Source: Thermofilum adornatum (GTDB lineage: Archaea > Thermoproteota > Thermoprotei > Thermofilales > Thermofilaceae). Taken from it: a stretch of 32,000 bases of DNA. Positions within the stretch are counted from its first letter, which is position 1. Every line of letters begins with the position of its first letter. The position numbers and the translations under genes were made by a program. The DNA is taken from the NCBI RefSeq assembly GCF_000446015.1, contig NC_022093.1:300001-332000 (forward strand). Reading direction: 5' to 3'. The notes below the pieces were generated by a model, which was given only the letters and a program-made list of their open reading frames with translations, was not told the origin of the DNA and made no database searches. Of this stretch, positions 25,807-32,000 are shown piece by piece.

Positions 25807-26577
25807 CTAGACGTACCAGCTTGGTAGCTGTTCGCCTTCTTTGGGTTTGGCCTCTTCTAGTATTTTTTTGGCCTCTTCCTCTTTTTCCCTTATCTGGTTG
25901 ATGACCTTTTCTATTTCTTCTAGGCTTATTGATATGCCGTAGAGCTTGGAGAAGGCGATTATTACCTCTTTGGCGGCGGCGAAGTTTGGCTCGGAGGTCT
26001 GTGTGCTACCCATGAGGACGAAGGCGTCTAGTCCCCTTAGGGAGGCTAGTGCTGGTAGGAGGCCGCATGCGCCTGTGATTGTTCCTCCACTGCTCCTCTT
26101 TGCGCCGATGGATTCAAGTTTTTCTCCTAGTCTTTGGGTGGCCAACGCGTAGTATACGCCTGTCTCTGCTTCTTCTATTGCTGTCCCGCATAGGCCGACT
26201 ACTTCCCTTCCACCGAGGGATACGAAGAGATCGAGGACTTTTTCTGCTACCTCATACTGGGCCCATACGGTGGGCTGTACCTCGCTTGTCAAGAAGAGGA
26301 AGTCCCGCTCTGTGCCGCTGTAGTAGTAGAACTTGTAGGAGGGTAGCTGGAGTTCTCCCTGGTTTGTCACGAAGACGCCGACGTTGCCGGCCGGCAAGAG
26401 GATCCCGGGCCCTATGAGTTCGGCTACTTTTTCTAGGTCGAGTCTTGAGACGATGTAGTCAACGGCTATTTTGCCGACGAGCCCTATGCCGGGCAGTCCC
26501 TGGACTAGGACGCCGTCTCTGAGCTTGATGTCCTTGTATGTTATAAGCGTGTACCCGTCTAGTTTTTGGATCTTCAT
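25807..26577 (-). CDS. PAC2-family proteasome assembly chaperone / activator-like protein (PbaA/PbaB type)
   Basis: It has the PAC2 signature LVQGLPGIGLVGKIAVDYIV and a C-terminal coiled, charged tail ending ...LPSWYV (an Hb-Tyr-X terminus). I set the start at ATG 26577 (MKIQKLDGY...) because a TATA box lies inside the track's 24-codon extension. Confidence 0.8.
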   Translation of the reverse strand: MKIQKLDGYTLITYKDIKLRDGVLVQGLPGIGLVGKIAVDYIVSRLDLEKVAELIGPGILLPAGNVGVFVTNQGELQLPSYKFYYYSGTERDFLFLTSEVQPTVWAQYEVAEKVLDLFVSLGGREVVGLCGTAIEEAETGVYYALATQRLGEKLESIGAKRSSGGTITGACGLLPALASLRGLDAFVLMGSTQTSEPNFAAAKEVIIAFSKLYGISISLEEIEKVINQIREKEEEAKKILEEAKPKEGEQLPSWYV

Positions 26578-26591
26578 TTGTACCTGAGTGG

Positions 26592-26599
26592 TTTTATAG
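26592..26599 (-). promoter_or_regulatory. TATA box (CTATAAAA on minus strand) for the PAC2 gene
   Basis: It lies about 20 nt upstream of ATG 26577, consistent with a leaderless or near-leaderless mRNA. Confidence 0.4.
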
Positions 26600-26638
26600 A
26601 TGTCTAAAATAAAAAGACTGCGACTATCGGGGAAACTG

Positions 26639-26646
26639 TTTTTAAA
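26639..26646 (+). promoter_or_regulatory. TATA-like box (TTTTTAAA) for the plus-strand C/D box sRNA
   Basis: It is centred about 25 nt upstream of the C box at 26669. Confidence 0.4.
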
Positions 26647-26664
26647 CACATGTGTGTAATTTGA

Positions 26665-26724
26665 GACAGTGATGACCGCTTGCGAAGCTGACTAGTGATG
26701 TGTACCAAACCGGCTGAAAAAGTC
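26665..26724 (+). ncRNA. C/D box sRNA (2'-O-methylation guide)
   Basis: All four boxes are present with canonical archaeal spacing. C is GTGATGA (26669-26675), followed by the 12-nt guide CCGCTTGCGAAG. D' is CTGA (26688-26691), followed by a 3-nt loop. C' is GTGATGT (26695-26701), followed by the 12-nt guide GTACCAAACCGG. D is CTGA (26714-26717). A short GAC/GTC terminal pairing is possible. The ends given are approximate. Confidence 0.75.
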
Positions 26725-26780
26725 AGACGGGTAAGTTGTCTTCACGGCGGGGGCTCGTCGCCGAGAGTACTCATCATCTA
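26718..26780 (-). ncRNA. Probable second C/D box sRNA, convergent with the first and abutting the TatD stop codon
   Basis: On the minus strand, C is ATGATGA (complement of 26771-26777), followed by the 12-nt guide GTACTCTCGGCG. D' is a degenerate ACGA, followed by a 9-nt loop. C' is a degenerate GTGAAGA, followed by the 12-nt guide CAACTTACCCGT. D is CTGA (complement of 26723-26726), followed by CTTTTT. The D guide complements CGGGTAAGTT of the conserved LSU rRNA segment GUCGGGUAAGUUCC, recalled from memory. Confidence 0.5.
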
Positions 26781-27518
26781 GGCTTTATTAGCGTTAAATA
26801 GGTTTAAGAAGTTTTGCCATACCTTGTTCTTTATGTCTTGGACTGGCACATTCTTTATTTGCGAGAGTATTTGCAGTGTTTCCGGCACGAGTTTGGGGTT
26901 TAGGTAGAGGCCCCTATAGTTGTATGGCCCGTCACTCTCTGTCAAAATGAGGTTTAGCGGCAGTTGTTCTGCTATCTTTCTGGATTTTTCCTGGATCTTG
27001 ATCGAGGCATTGATTGTTACGTAGTAGCCTGACTGGATGATTTCTTTTAGGAGATTGATTGGCCCCGTCCACCAGTGTAACACGACTCTCTCTGCTTTTT
27101 TCTCGCGTAGAACGTCTAGGACTTCTCCCCACGCCCCCGCGGAGTGAATGTTGAGAGGCTTGCCGGACTTTGTGGCCGCGTCGACGAATTGGTTGAAGAT
27201 TCGTAGCTGGTCCTGTAGCGTGTTTTCTGGCACGAATTTCTTGTCGAGCCCGACTTCTCCTATGCAGTCGGCGTCCCTAACTAGGTCCAAGACTTTTTCT
27301 GCTTCGCCCTCAAGATTCGCTTGTTCTTTTATCTTCCATGGATGAATACCTACGCACGCCTTAATGTTTTCTGGGAAGAGGTCTCTTAGTTCGAGTGTTC
27401 TAAGAGAAGATTCGTAGTCCTCTGCCACTGCTACTAGGATGTATCCTTCGTGGATGAAGTCTTCTATTTCCTCTTTTTTGAAGTCTGAGAGGTGTACATG
27501 TGCATCTATTATCCTCAC
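26778..27518 (-). CDS. tatD: TatD-family metal-dependent hydrolase/nuclease
   Basis: 246 aa. The GTG start lies 1 nt after the upstream stop. It has the N-terminal MRIIDAHVHL, internal GEVGLD, HS..A and the C-terminal LTESDGPY motifs of the TIM-barrel TatD family. Confidence 0.88.
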   Translation of the reverse strand: MRIIDAHVHLSDFKKEEIEDFIHEGYILVAVAEDYESSLRTLELRDLFPENIKACVGIHPWKIKEQANLEGEAEKVLDLVRDADCIGEVGLDKKFVPENTLQDQLRIFNQFVDAATKSGKPLNIHSAGAWGEVLDVLREKKAERVVLHWWTGPINLLKEIIQSGYYVTINASIKIQEKSRKIAEQLPLNLILTESDGPYNYRGLYLNPKLVPETLQILSQIKNVPVQDIKNKVWQNFLNLFNANKA

Positions 27519-27519
27519 T

Positions 27520-28380
27520 TTATTTCATCACCTTGAAAACGTCTTGGATGTCATAGCCGAAGCTTTCCCTATAGAGGGACGCAATACTCTCGGCTAGGTC
27601 TCTACTTGCGGCAACAAGTATGTAGACTCTCTCTTTGAGAGATAGAAGGGGTGGGTTCCCGTCTTTGCCCCCTATGAGTGTATATGCTCCAGCCTCCCGT
27701 GCTATGAGTTGGGCGGCCGCCATGTCTACGATTCTCATTGTTCCCCATGCATCTATGTATGCGTCTATGCTTCCAGAGGCGAGCATCGCGAGCTCTAGGC
27801 TGGCTGAGCCTAGCATCCTTAGGGCTACCCCGTGTGTCGCAAGCCTCGACACGAAGATTGATGGGAGAAAGCTTGCCTTGGGGGGAGAACTGACAGCTAT
27901 TACTTTGCTTTCGAGGCCGTCACTACTGGTTTTTGCTTCAATCTTTTTGCCGTTTAGGTAGGCTCCTCTATCCCTCAGGGCATAGAATTCCAGGCTTAGG
28001 AGAGGGGCATATACAACGCCGCCAAAAACGTTTTCGAGGGTCTCTCCCCTTGCAACAGCTATGGAAACGGCAAATAAGGGGGCTCCGCGCTTGTAATTTC
28101 TGCTCCCGTCAAGTGGGTCTATAATAAAAGTGTAGCTTCCTCCGTCCCCAAAGGTTTTTTCCCCAATTTCCTCTGAAACTACCCTAAAGCTTCCAATTTT
28201 TTCCTGGAGGTAGCTAATCGCCGTCTGTTCGGCTACTAGGTCTCCGAGAAGTGAGATATCTCCGCCGCTCCCCCTGCCCTGTTCTTTGGCCCCAGTTCCC
28301 TCTTCTAGTACTTTGAGGGCCTCGGCTGCCGCCCTTCTTGCGGCTGTCCTAATTGTCTCGAGTATCTCTGCATCGTCCAT
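27520..28380 (-). CDS. suhB: Inositol monophosphatase / archaeal class IV FBPase family phosphatase
   Basis: 286 aa with the metal-binding motifs VSEEIG, IIDPLDGSRNY and WGTMRIVDMAAAQLIAREAG (the WD..A block). Confidence 0.87.
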   Translation of the reverse strand: MDDAEILETIRTAARRAAAEALKVLEEGTGAKEQGRGSGGDISLLGDLVAEQTAISYLQEKIGSFRVVSEEIGEKTFGDGGSYTFIIDPLDGSRNYKRGAPLFAVSIAVARGETLENVFGGVVYAPLLSLEFYALRDRGAYLNGKKIEAKTSSDGLESKVIAVSSPPKASFLPSIFVSRLATHGVALRMLGSASLELAMLASGSIDAYIDAWGTMRIVDMAAAQLIAREAGAYTLIGGKDGNPPLLSLKERVYILVAASRDLAESIASLYRESFGYDIQDVFKVMK

Positions 28381-28404
28381 GAAGCTTCATCTCTCCTGTA
28401 GCGG

Positions 28405-28923
28405 CTAGAGTTCAACTATGTCTGCCTGGAGCGTGTCCAGGTTTACTATTGCGTATGTTCGTTTTCCTGCCAGGTATCCGGACAGGGTGCCCGGGTTCAA
28501 GACAAGGGCTTCGCCTACTTGTTGGACGTCTATCTGATGGGTGTGGCCATACACTACGAGCCTAAAGTCCCCGCTCTTGGCCAGGGCCTTCGCAAATTTC
28601 TGTGTTTTTTCTAGGCTACCGACGCCGTGGATCACGGCTATGCTGTAAGGCTCAATCGTTACGAAGAGGGGCTGCTCCTCAAGTGTTATTCCTAGCTCGT
28701 CTGCCGCCTTTTTTAGAAGCAGTTTCTCGCCGTCATTGTTCCCGAAAACTGCGTAGAGCTTCAGGCCCTTAAACATTCGTAGGGCAAATGGGGATACGAT
28801 GTCTCCCGCATGTATTATGGCTTCAATGTTTTCCTTTTTTACATGCTCGATGAAGAGGCTTATCGCCTCTAGATTGTCGTGGGAATCCGACACAACTGCT
28901 ATTCTCTTCACGTTCGACACCAA
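28405..28923 (-). CDS. MJ0936/YfcE-family metallophosphoesterase
   Basis: 172 aa with a TTG (or adjacent GTG) start. The calcineurin-like motif series is present: VVSDSHDN, HAGDI, GNNDG, IHG and YGHTH. Confidence 0.85.
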   Translation of the reverse strand: MVSNVKRIAVVSDSHDNLEAISLFIEHVKKENIEAIIHAGDIVSPFALRMFKGLKLYAVFGNNDGEKLLLKKAADELGITLEEQPLFVTIEPYSIAVIHGVGSLEKTQKFAKALAKSGDFRLVVYGHTHQIDVQQVGEALVLNPGTLSGYLAGKRTYAIVNLDTLQADIVEL

Positions 28924-28958
28924 GATATTAATACTTGAAGTGTTTTAATCTTTCCGTA

Positions 28959-29309
28959 ATGACCAGCAATAACACTAATCAGGTTCATCATGTTGAGAGC
29001 GGGGGTGGCGGCCAAGCTAGCAGTGTAACTACCAAGATGATAAACAAGGCGGCTTGGCTACTAAGCGAGGGCAGAGTTGTCAAGATTAGCCCCTATCTCT
29101 ACTACGTTATCGGGAAAAACAGCAAGCACCTGGTTAGATACGAGAACGGCAAGTTCATTTGTACATGTAAAGGGTTCCAGGAAAAGGGTGTATGCTCTCA
29201 TGTCATAGCAGTTGTTACGCTTAGCGAGCTGAAGGACGCAGACGCGTTTCTAGACGAAAGGATAAGGGAGAGAATAAGCAGAGAACTGAGGCAACTCTAC
29301 AGGAAATAG
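28959..29309 (+). CDS. Small stand-alone SWIM zinc-finger protein
   Basis: It has the CxCx9CxH motif (CTCKGFQEKGVCSHVIAV). I prefer the start at ATG 28959, which lies about 27 nt downstream of the A/T box ATATTAATA. The track's TTG 28935 is only 11 nt from the divergent gene. Confidence 0.68.
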   Translation: MTSNNTNQVHHVESGGGGQASSVTTKMINKAAWLLSEGRVVKISPYLYYVIGKNSKHLVRYENGKFICTCKGFQEKGVCSHVIAVVTLSELKDADAFLDERIRERISRELRQLYRK

Positions 29310-29315
29310 TTTTCC

Positions 29316-30401
29316 TTATTTGTCTTGGCGCTGGGAGCCATAGGAAAAACCATATTCTTTTATTGCTTTGTCGATTGTTTCCTTTATCGAGGAGAAGCTC
29401 GTAGAGCTGAAGACTTTCCTCGCGAAGTGTATTCCTATTGGGTAGATAAAGGAGATCGAGAAGATTATCGTTATGCTCCTGCCTAATAGTGTTGCCACTA
29501 GGGCCTTTTCCTTGGGGACGCCAAGTAGAATATAGAGGGTTATGAGTGCCGCGTCTATGCTTCCAACCATGAATGGGATGCCTATGGACGCAAGCGAATA
29601 TATTGTGAGTATCGTGTATCCTGGACCTATGAGAAATGGGTTAACCTCTACACCGATGGCCTTGAGAGAAAAGTAGGGAGTCATGATGCCCGCTACCCAC
29701 TGTACCAGGAGGAATATTATTGCGCCCCATAGGTAGATGTTCCTAGGATTAAAGTCTCGAGAAGACTGCGCCACGTATGCTAGAAAGGTGTCTAGGTCTT
29801 TCTCAAATTTGTCTAGAGACTTTGCCTTCAGCCTTACAGCTATGCCTAAAACAGCCTTCTTTATTATTTGAGGCTTCCAGAGAAAGAGGTATAGCAGTGC
29901 AGACGCAAGGAGGGTCGCTACCACGATGCCCATGTATAGGAGAAAGTATTGCTCATAGAATTTAAGGAGGTTTATGGCCAAGAGAGACGTGAAGACAATG
30001 AAGATAACCATTGTTATGTTTATGAGGAACCTATAGAAGACCGTATAGCTGACTGCTCTCGGCCAGTCCCCCTTTGTCCTTAGAAATATAGCCCTCGCGA
30101 CGTCACCCTCTATGAAGGCCCCGGGCAACAATATGTCTACGAGCCATGCAAGCATCGAGCCACCTAGCGCGTCCCAGAAGGAAAGATTGAAGCTTTTCTT
30201 GCAGAGCAACCAGAAGGCCGCGGCGTGTGCAAGGTAGTAGGTCGCCTCAAAGACAAAGATGGGCAACAGGTCTAGTGGCTCGATGTTTGAGAGGGCTTCT
30301 AGGAAGTTTTCGACGTTGAAATTGTACAGTGTATATGCAAAGATGACTAGAACGATTAGGAGCTCCAGGACGAGTACAAGCCTCTTCTTTGCTATGGGCA
30401 T
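29316..30401 (-). CDS. Polytopic membrane protein (8-9 TM), flippase-like / LPG-synthase-TM-like family
   Basis: 361 aa, hydrophobic throughout. Its architecture resembles the UPF0104/lysyl-PG-synthase TM-domain proteins that commonly accompany glycosyltransferases. The family assignment is tentative. Confidence 0.55.
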   Translation of the reverse strand: MPIAKKRLVLVLELLIVLVIFAYTLYNFNVENFLEALSNIEPLDLLPIFVFEATYYLAHAAAFWLLCKKSFNLSFWDALGGSMLAWLVDILLPGAFIEGDVARAIFLRTKGDWPRAVSYTVFYRFLINITMVIFIVFTSLLAINLLKFYEQYFLLYMGIVVATLLASALLYLFLWKPQIIKKAVLGIAVRLKAKSLDKFEKDLDTFLAYVAQSSRDFNPRNIYLWGAIIFLLVQWVAGIMTPYFSLKAIGVEVNPFLIGPGYTILTIYSLASIGIPFMVGSIDAALITLYILLGVPKEKALVATLLGRSITIIFSISFIYPIGIHFARKVFSSTSFSSIKETIDKAIKEYGFSYGSQRQDK

Positions 30402-30470
30402 AGCAGGGTCACTTCGGGAATATTTACCTTACTTAGGTTACCGTGTGGGTCTAAAAAAATATTACTAACC

Positions 30471-31781
30471 ATGAAGATAGCATTTGACGTGAAGATAGCT
30501 GTACTCGGAGGTGGACTGGCGGGAACCGCTTTTGCCTACGAGGCGTCGAGACGCGGCTTTAGCGTTACACTGGTAGAAAAGGAGGAAAGGCTGGGGGGCC
30601 TTCTTAGGAGCGAAAACATCGATGGATATGTTTTCGACGCTGGGGGCTCACATATACTTTTTTCGCGTGACCAGCGGAGGATGAGGTTCTTTTTGGGGTT
30701 GCTTGGTAACAACGTTGTGAGGCATAGAAGGGACGCCCGGGTATACTTTGAGGGGAAGTATGTAAAGTATCCTTTCGAGAACGGGCTATACATGCTTTCC
30801 CCTGATTTCCGCTATAGGGCTCTGCGAGACTTGCTAAACAAGTATATCAAGCATAGATGTGGCGAAGCGGAAAATGTCTCGAACTTTGAGGAGTGGATAT
30901 ACGCAACCTTTGGGGAGACGATTGCCGACAGCTATCTTATACCCTACAACCGCAAACTATGGAAACGCGACCTAAAACAAATCTCGCTTGAATGGGTCGG
31001 CAACCGTGTTCCGAACCCCCCGCTCGACGACCTCTTGAAGACAGCCGTAGGCATAAACACGGAGGGCTACCTTCACCAGCTCAACTTTGTCTATCCACGC
31101 GTGGGGGGAATACAGGAACTCGTCAATGCGTTTGAGTCAAGGCTGAGAAAAAACGGTAATGTCGAGTTAAGGCTCGGGCAAAGAGTAGATGCCATAGACC
31201 CTAGAGCCAAGAGTATAGTGCTGAGCAACGGCGAGACCCTGCAATACGACAGGGTGGTTTCAAGCCTGCCTCTCCCCGAGGTGGCGAGGATAGCTGGGCT
31301 AAGGGGCTTCCCACACCTCGACTACAATTCCCTCATAGTCGTCGGCATAGGCCTCCGGGACACGAGGCTTCCACGCTACCACTGGGTATATTTCCCAGAC
31401 GAGGAGACAATTTTTCACAGGATAGCGTTCCTAAGCAACTATAGCCCATTCATGGCGCCCCGTAACGGCGCAAACATTATTGCAGAAATAACTGTTCCAC
31501 CCAGCGAGAGGCTCGACCCCGAAAAATCGGTGCAGAAAACAATCGAGGGCCTAGAGGCTGTGGGCTTGATAAGGGGGGACAGGGTAGAGGTTGCCAAGGC
31601 GTGGTTCTGGAAGTATGGCTACGTTGTCTACGACAGGAACTATTCTAAGAACGTTAAACGTGCAAGGCGGGAGCTACGAGACGCGGGTATAATGACCATC
31701 GGCAGGTTTGGGCTGTGGAGCTACCTAAACATGGACGACGTGGTCTTCAGCTCCTTCGAGGCTGCACGCGCCCTGAGGTGA
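30471..31781 (+). CDS. FAD-dependent oxidoreductase (amine-oxidase / UDP-galactopyranose-mutase-like fold)
   Basis: It has the N-terminal dinucleotide-binding motif VLGGGLAGTAFAYEASRRGFSVTLVEKEERLGGL and a C-terminal GRFGLWSYLNMDD block. At 436 aa it matches archaeal proteins usually annotated this way in glycan clusters. Confidence 0.72.
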   Translation: MKIAFDVKIAVLGGGLAGTAFAYEASRRGFSVTLVEKEERLGGLLRSENIDGYVFDAGGSHILFSRDQRRMRFFLGLLGNNVVRHRRDARVYFEGKYVKYPFENGLYMLSPDFRYRALRDLLNKYIKHRCGEAENVSNFEEWIYATFGETIADSYLIPYNRKLWKRDLKQISLEWVGNRVPNPPLDDLLKTAVGINTEGYLHQLNFVYPRVGGIQELVNAFESRLRKNGNVELRLGQRVDAIDPRAKSIVLSNGETLQYDRVVSSLPLPEVARIAGLRGFPHLDYNSLIVVGIGLRDTRLPRYHWVYFPDEETIFHRIAFLSNYSPFMAPRNGANIIAEITVPPSERLDPEKSVQKTIEGLEAVGLIRGDRVEVAKAWFWKYGYVVYDRNYSKNVKRARRELRDAGIMTIGRFGLWSYLNMDDVVFSSFEAARALR

Positions 31782-31787
31782 GTAAGT

Positions 31788-32000
31788 GTGCCAGAGAACT
31801 ATCCAAAAGTAAGCATAATAATAGTCAACTTTAAGGGCACTGCTTCTCTGGTGAAGTGTCTAAGGAGCGTGCTCCAGACCGACTACCCGGACTACGAGGT
31901 TATAGTCGTCGACTCTCTAACAGAGAACATTGAGGAAAAGATACGGGAAGAAATAGGGCCCACAGACAGGGTCAAAATTATACATTTCGACAGGGACATA
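31788..32000 (+). CDS. Family-2 glycosyltransferase, N-terminal fragment (continues beyond the window)
   Basis: A GTG start lies 7 nt after the upstream stop. The sequence PKVSIIIVNFKG...YPDYEVIVVDS is a typical GT2 N-terminus. The frame is open to position 32000. Confidence 0.8.
   Translation, partial: MPENYPKVSIIIVNFKGTASLVKCLRSVLQTDYPDYEVIVVDSLTENIEEKIREEIGPTDRVKIIHFDRDI

Noticed and set aside
26578-26649. A 24-codon extension of the PAC2 ORF. Similar short extensions occur at 9102-9146 (TldD), 25734-25763 (ATPase), 19441-19485 (PsiE-like) and 28935-28958 (SWIM).
   Set aside because: The extensions contain the probable TATA boxes or leave implausibly short divergent spacers. The conserved protein N-termini begin at the internal ATGs.
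1-32000. Search for a defence island, mobile element, CRISPR array, toxin-antitoxin pair, tRNA/rRNA gene or integration scar.
   Set aside because: I saw no integrase, transposase or recombinase-like ORFs, no regularly spaced direct repeats and no tRNA-like GC-rich cloverleaf segments in the few intergenic gaps. Composition is uniform apart from short A/T-rich promoter spacers. The window looks like core chromosome.

Overview
This is a dense 32-kb stretch, almost entirely protein-coding, with about 37 CDS on both strands. It reads like core chromosome of a hyperthermophilic crenarchaeon, probably Desulfurococcales-like. That placement is an inference from gene content: class V fructose-1,6-bisphosphate aldolase/phosphatase, tungsten-type aldehyde:ferredoxin oxidoreductase, PAC2 proteasome-assembly protein, archaeal Clp1-type kinase, C/D box sRNAs, and A/T-box promoters 20-35 nt upstream of start codons. 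Left to right the window holds: a truncated acyl-CoA carboxyltransferase; a membrane GT2 synthase; a small-ORF/ogt/ArsA-like ATPase cluster; a five-gene MoxR-DUF58 operon with three membrane proteins; a Zn-lid adenylate kinase; TldD/PmbA; two co-transcribed extracellular proteins, one of them transglutaminase-like; carbamate kinase; an aor / MoaD-like / ModE-N-like cluster; an M42 peptidase; MobA-like; a PsiE-like membrane protein; a divergent macro-domain / Clp1-kinase pair; fbp; a P-type ATPase; PAC2; two convergent C/D box sRNAs (not in the ORF track); a TatD / IMPase / MJ0936-phosphodiesterase operon; a SWIM protein; and the start of a glycan-biosynthesis cluster. Many genes use GTG or TTG starts and overlapping stop/start junctions, including 3047, 6642, 13973, 14962, 15386, 17747, 19411, 20459, 27518, 28923 and 31788. 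I found no integrase, transposase, CRISPR array, tRNA/rRNA gene or recognisable defence island, and I cannot point to a convincingly new multi-gene system. The best second-look candidates are the apparently split MoxR-DUF58-(TgpA-like) module, the convergent sRNA pair, the aor-MoaD-ModE(N-only) cluster and the macro/Clp1 divergent pair. All protein calls rest on motif recognition by eye, without database searches.
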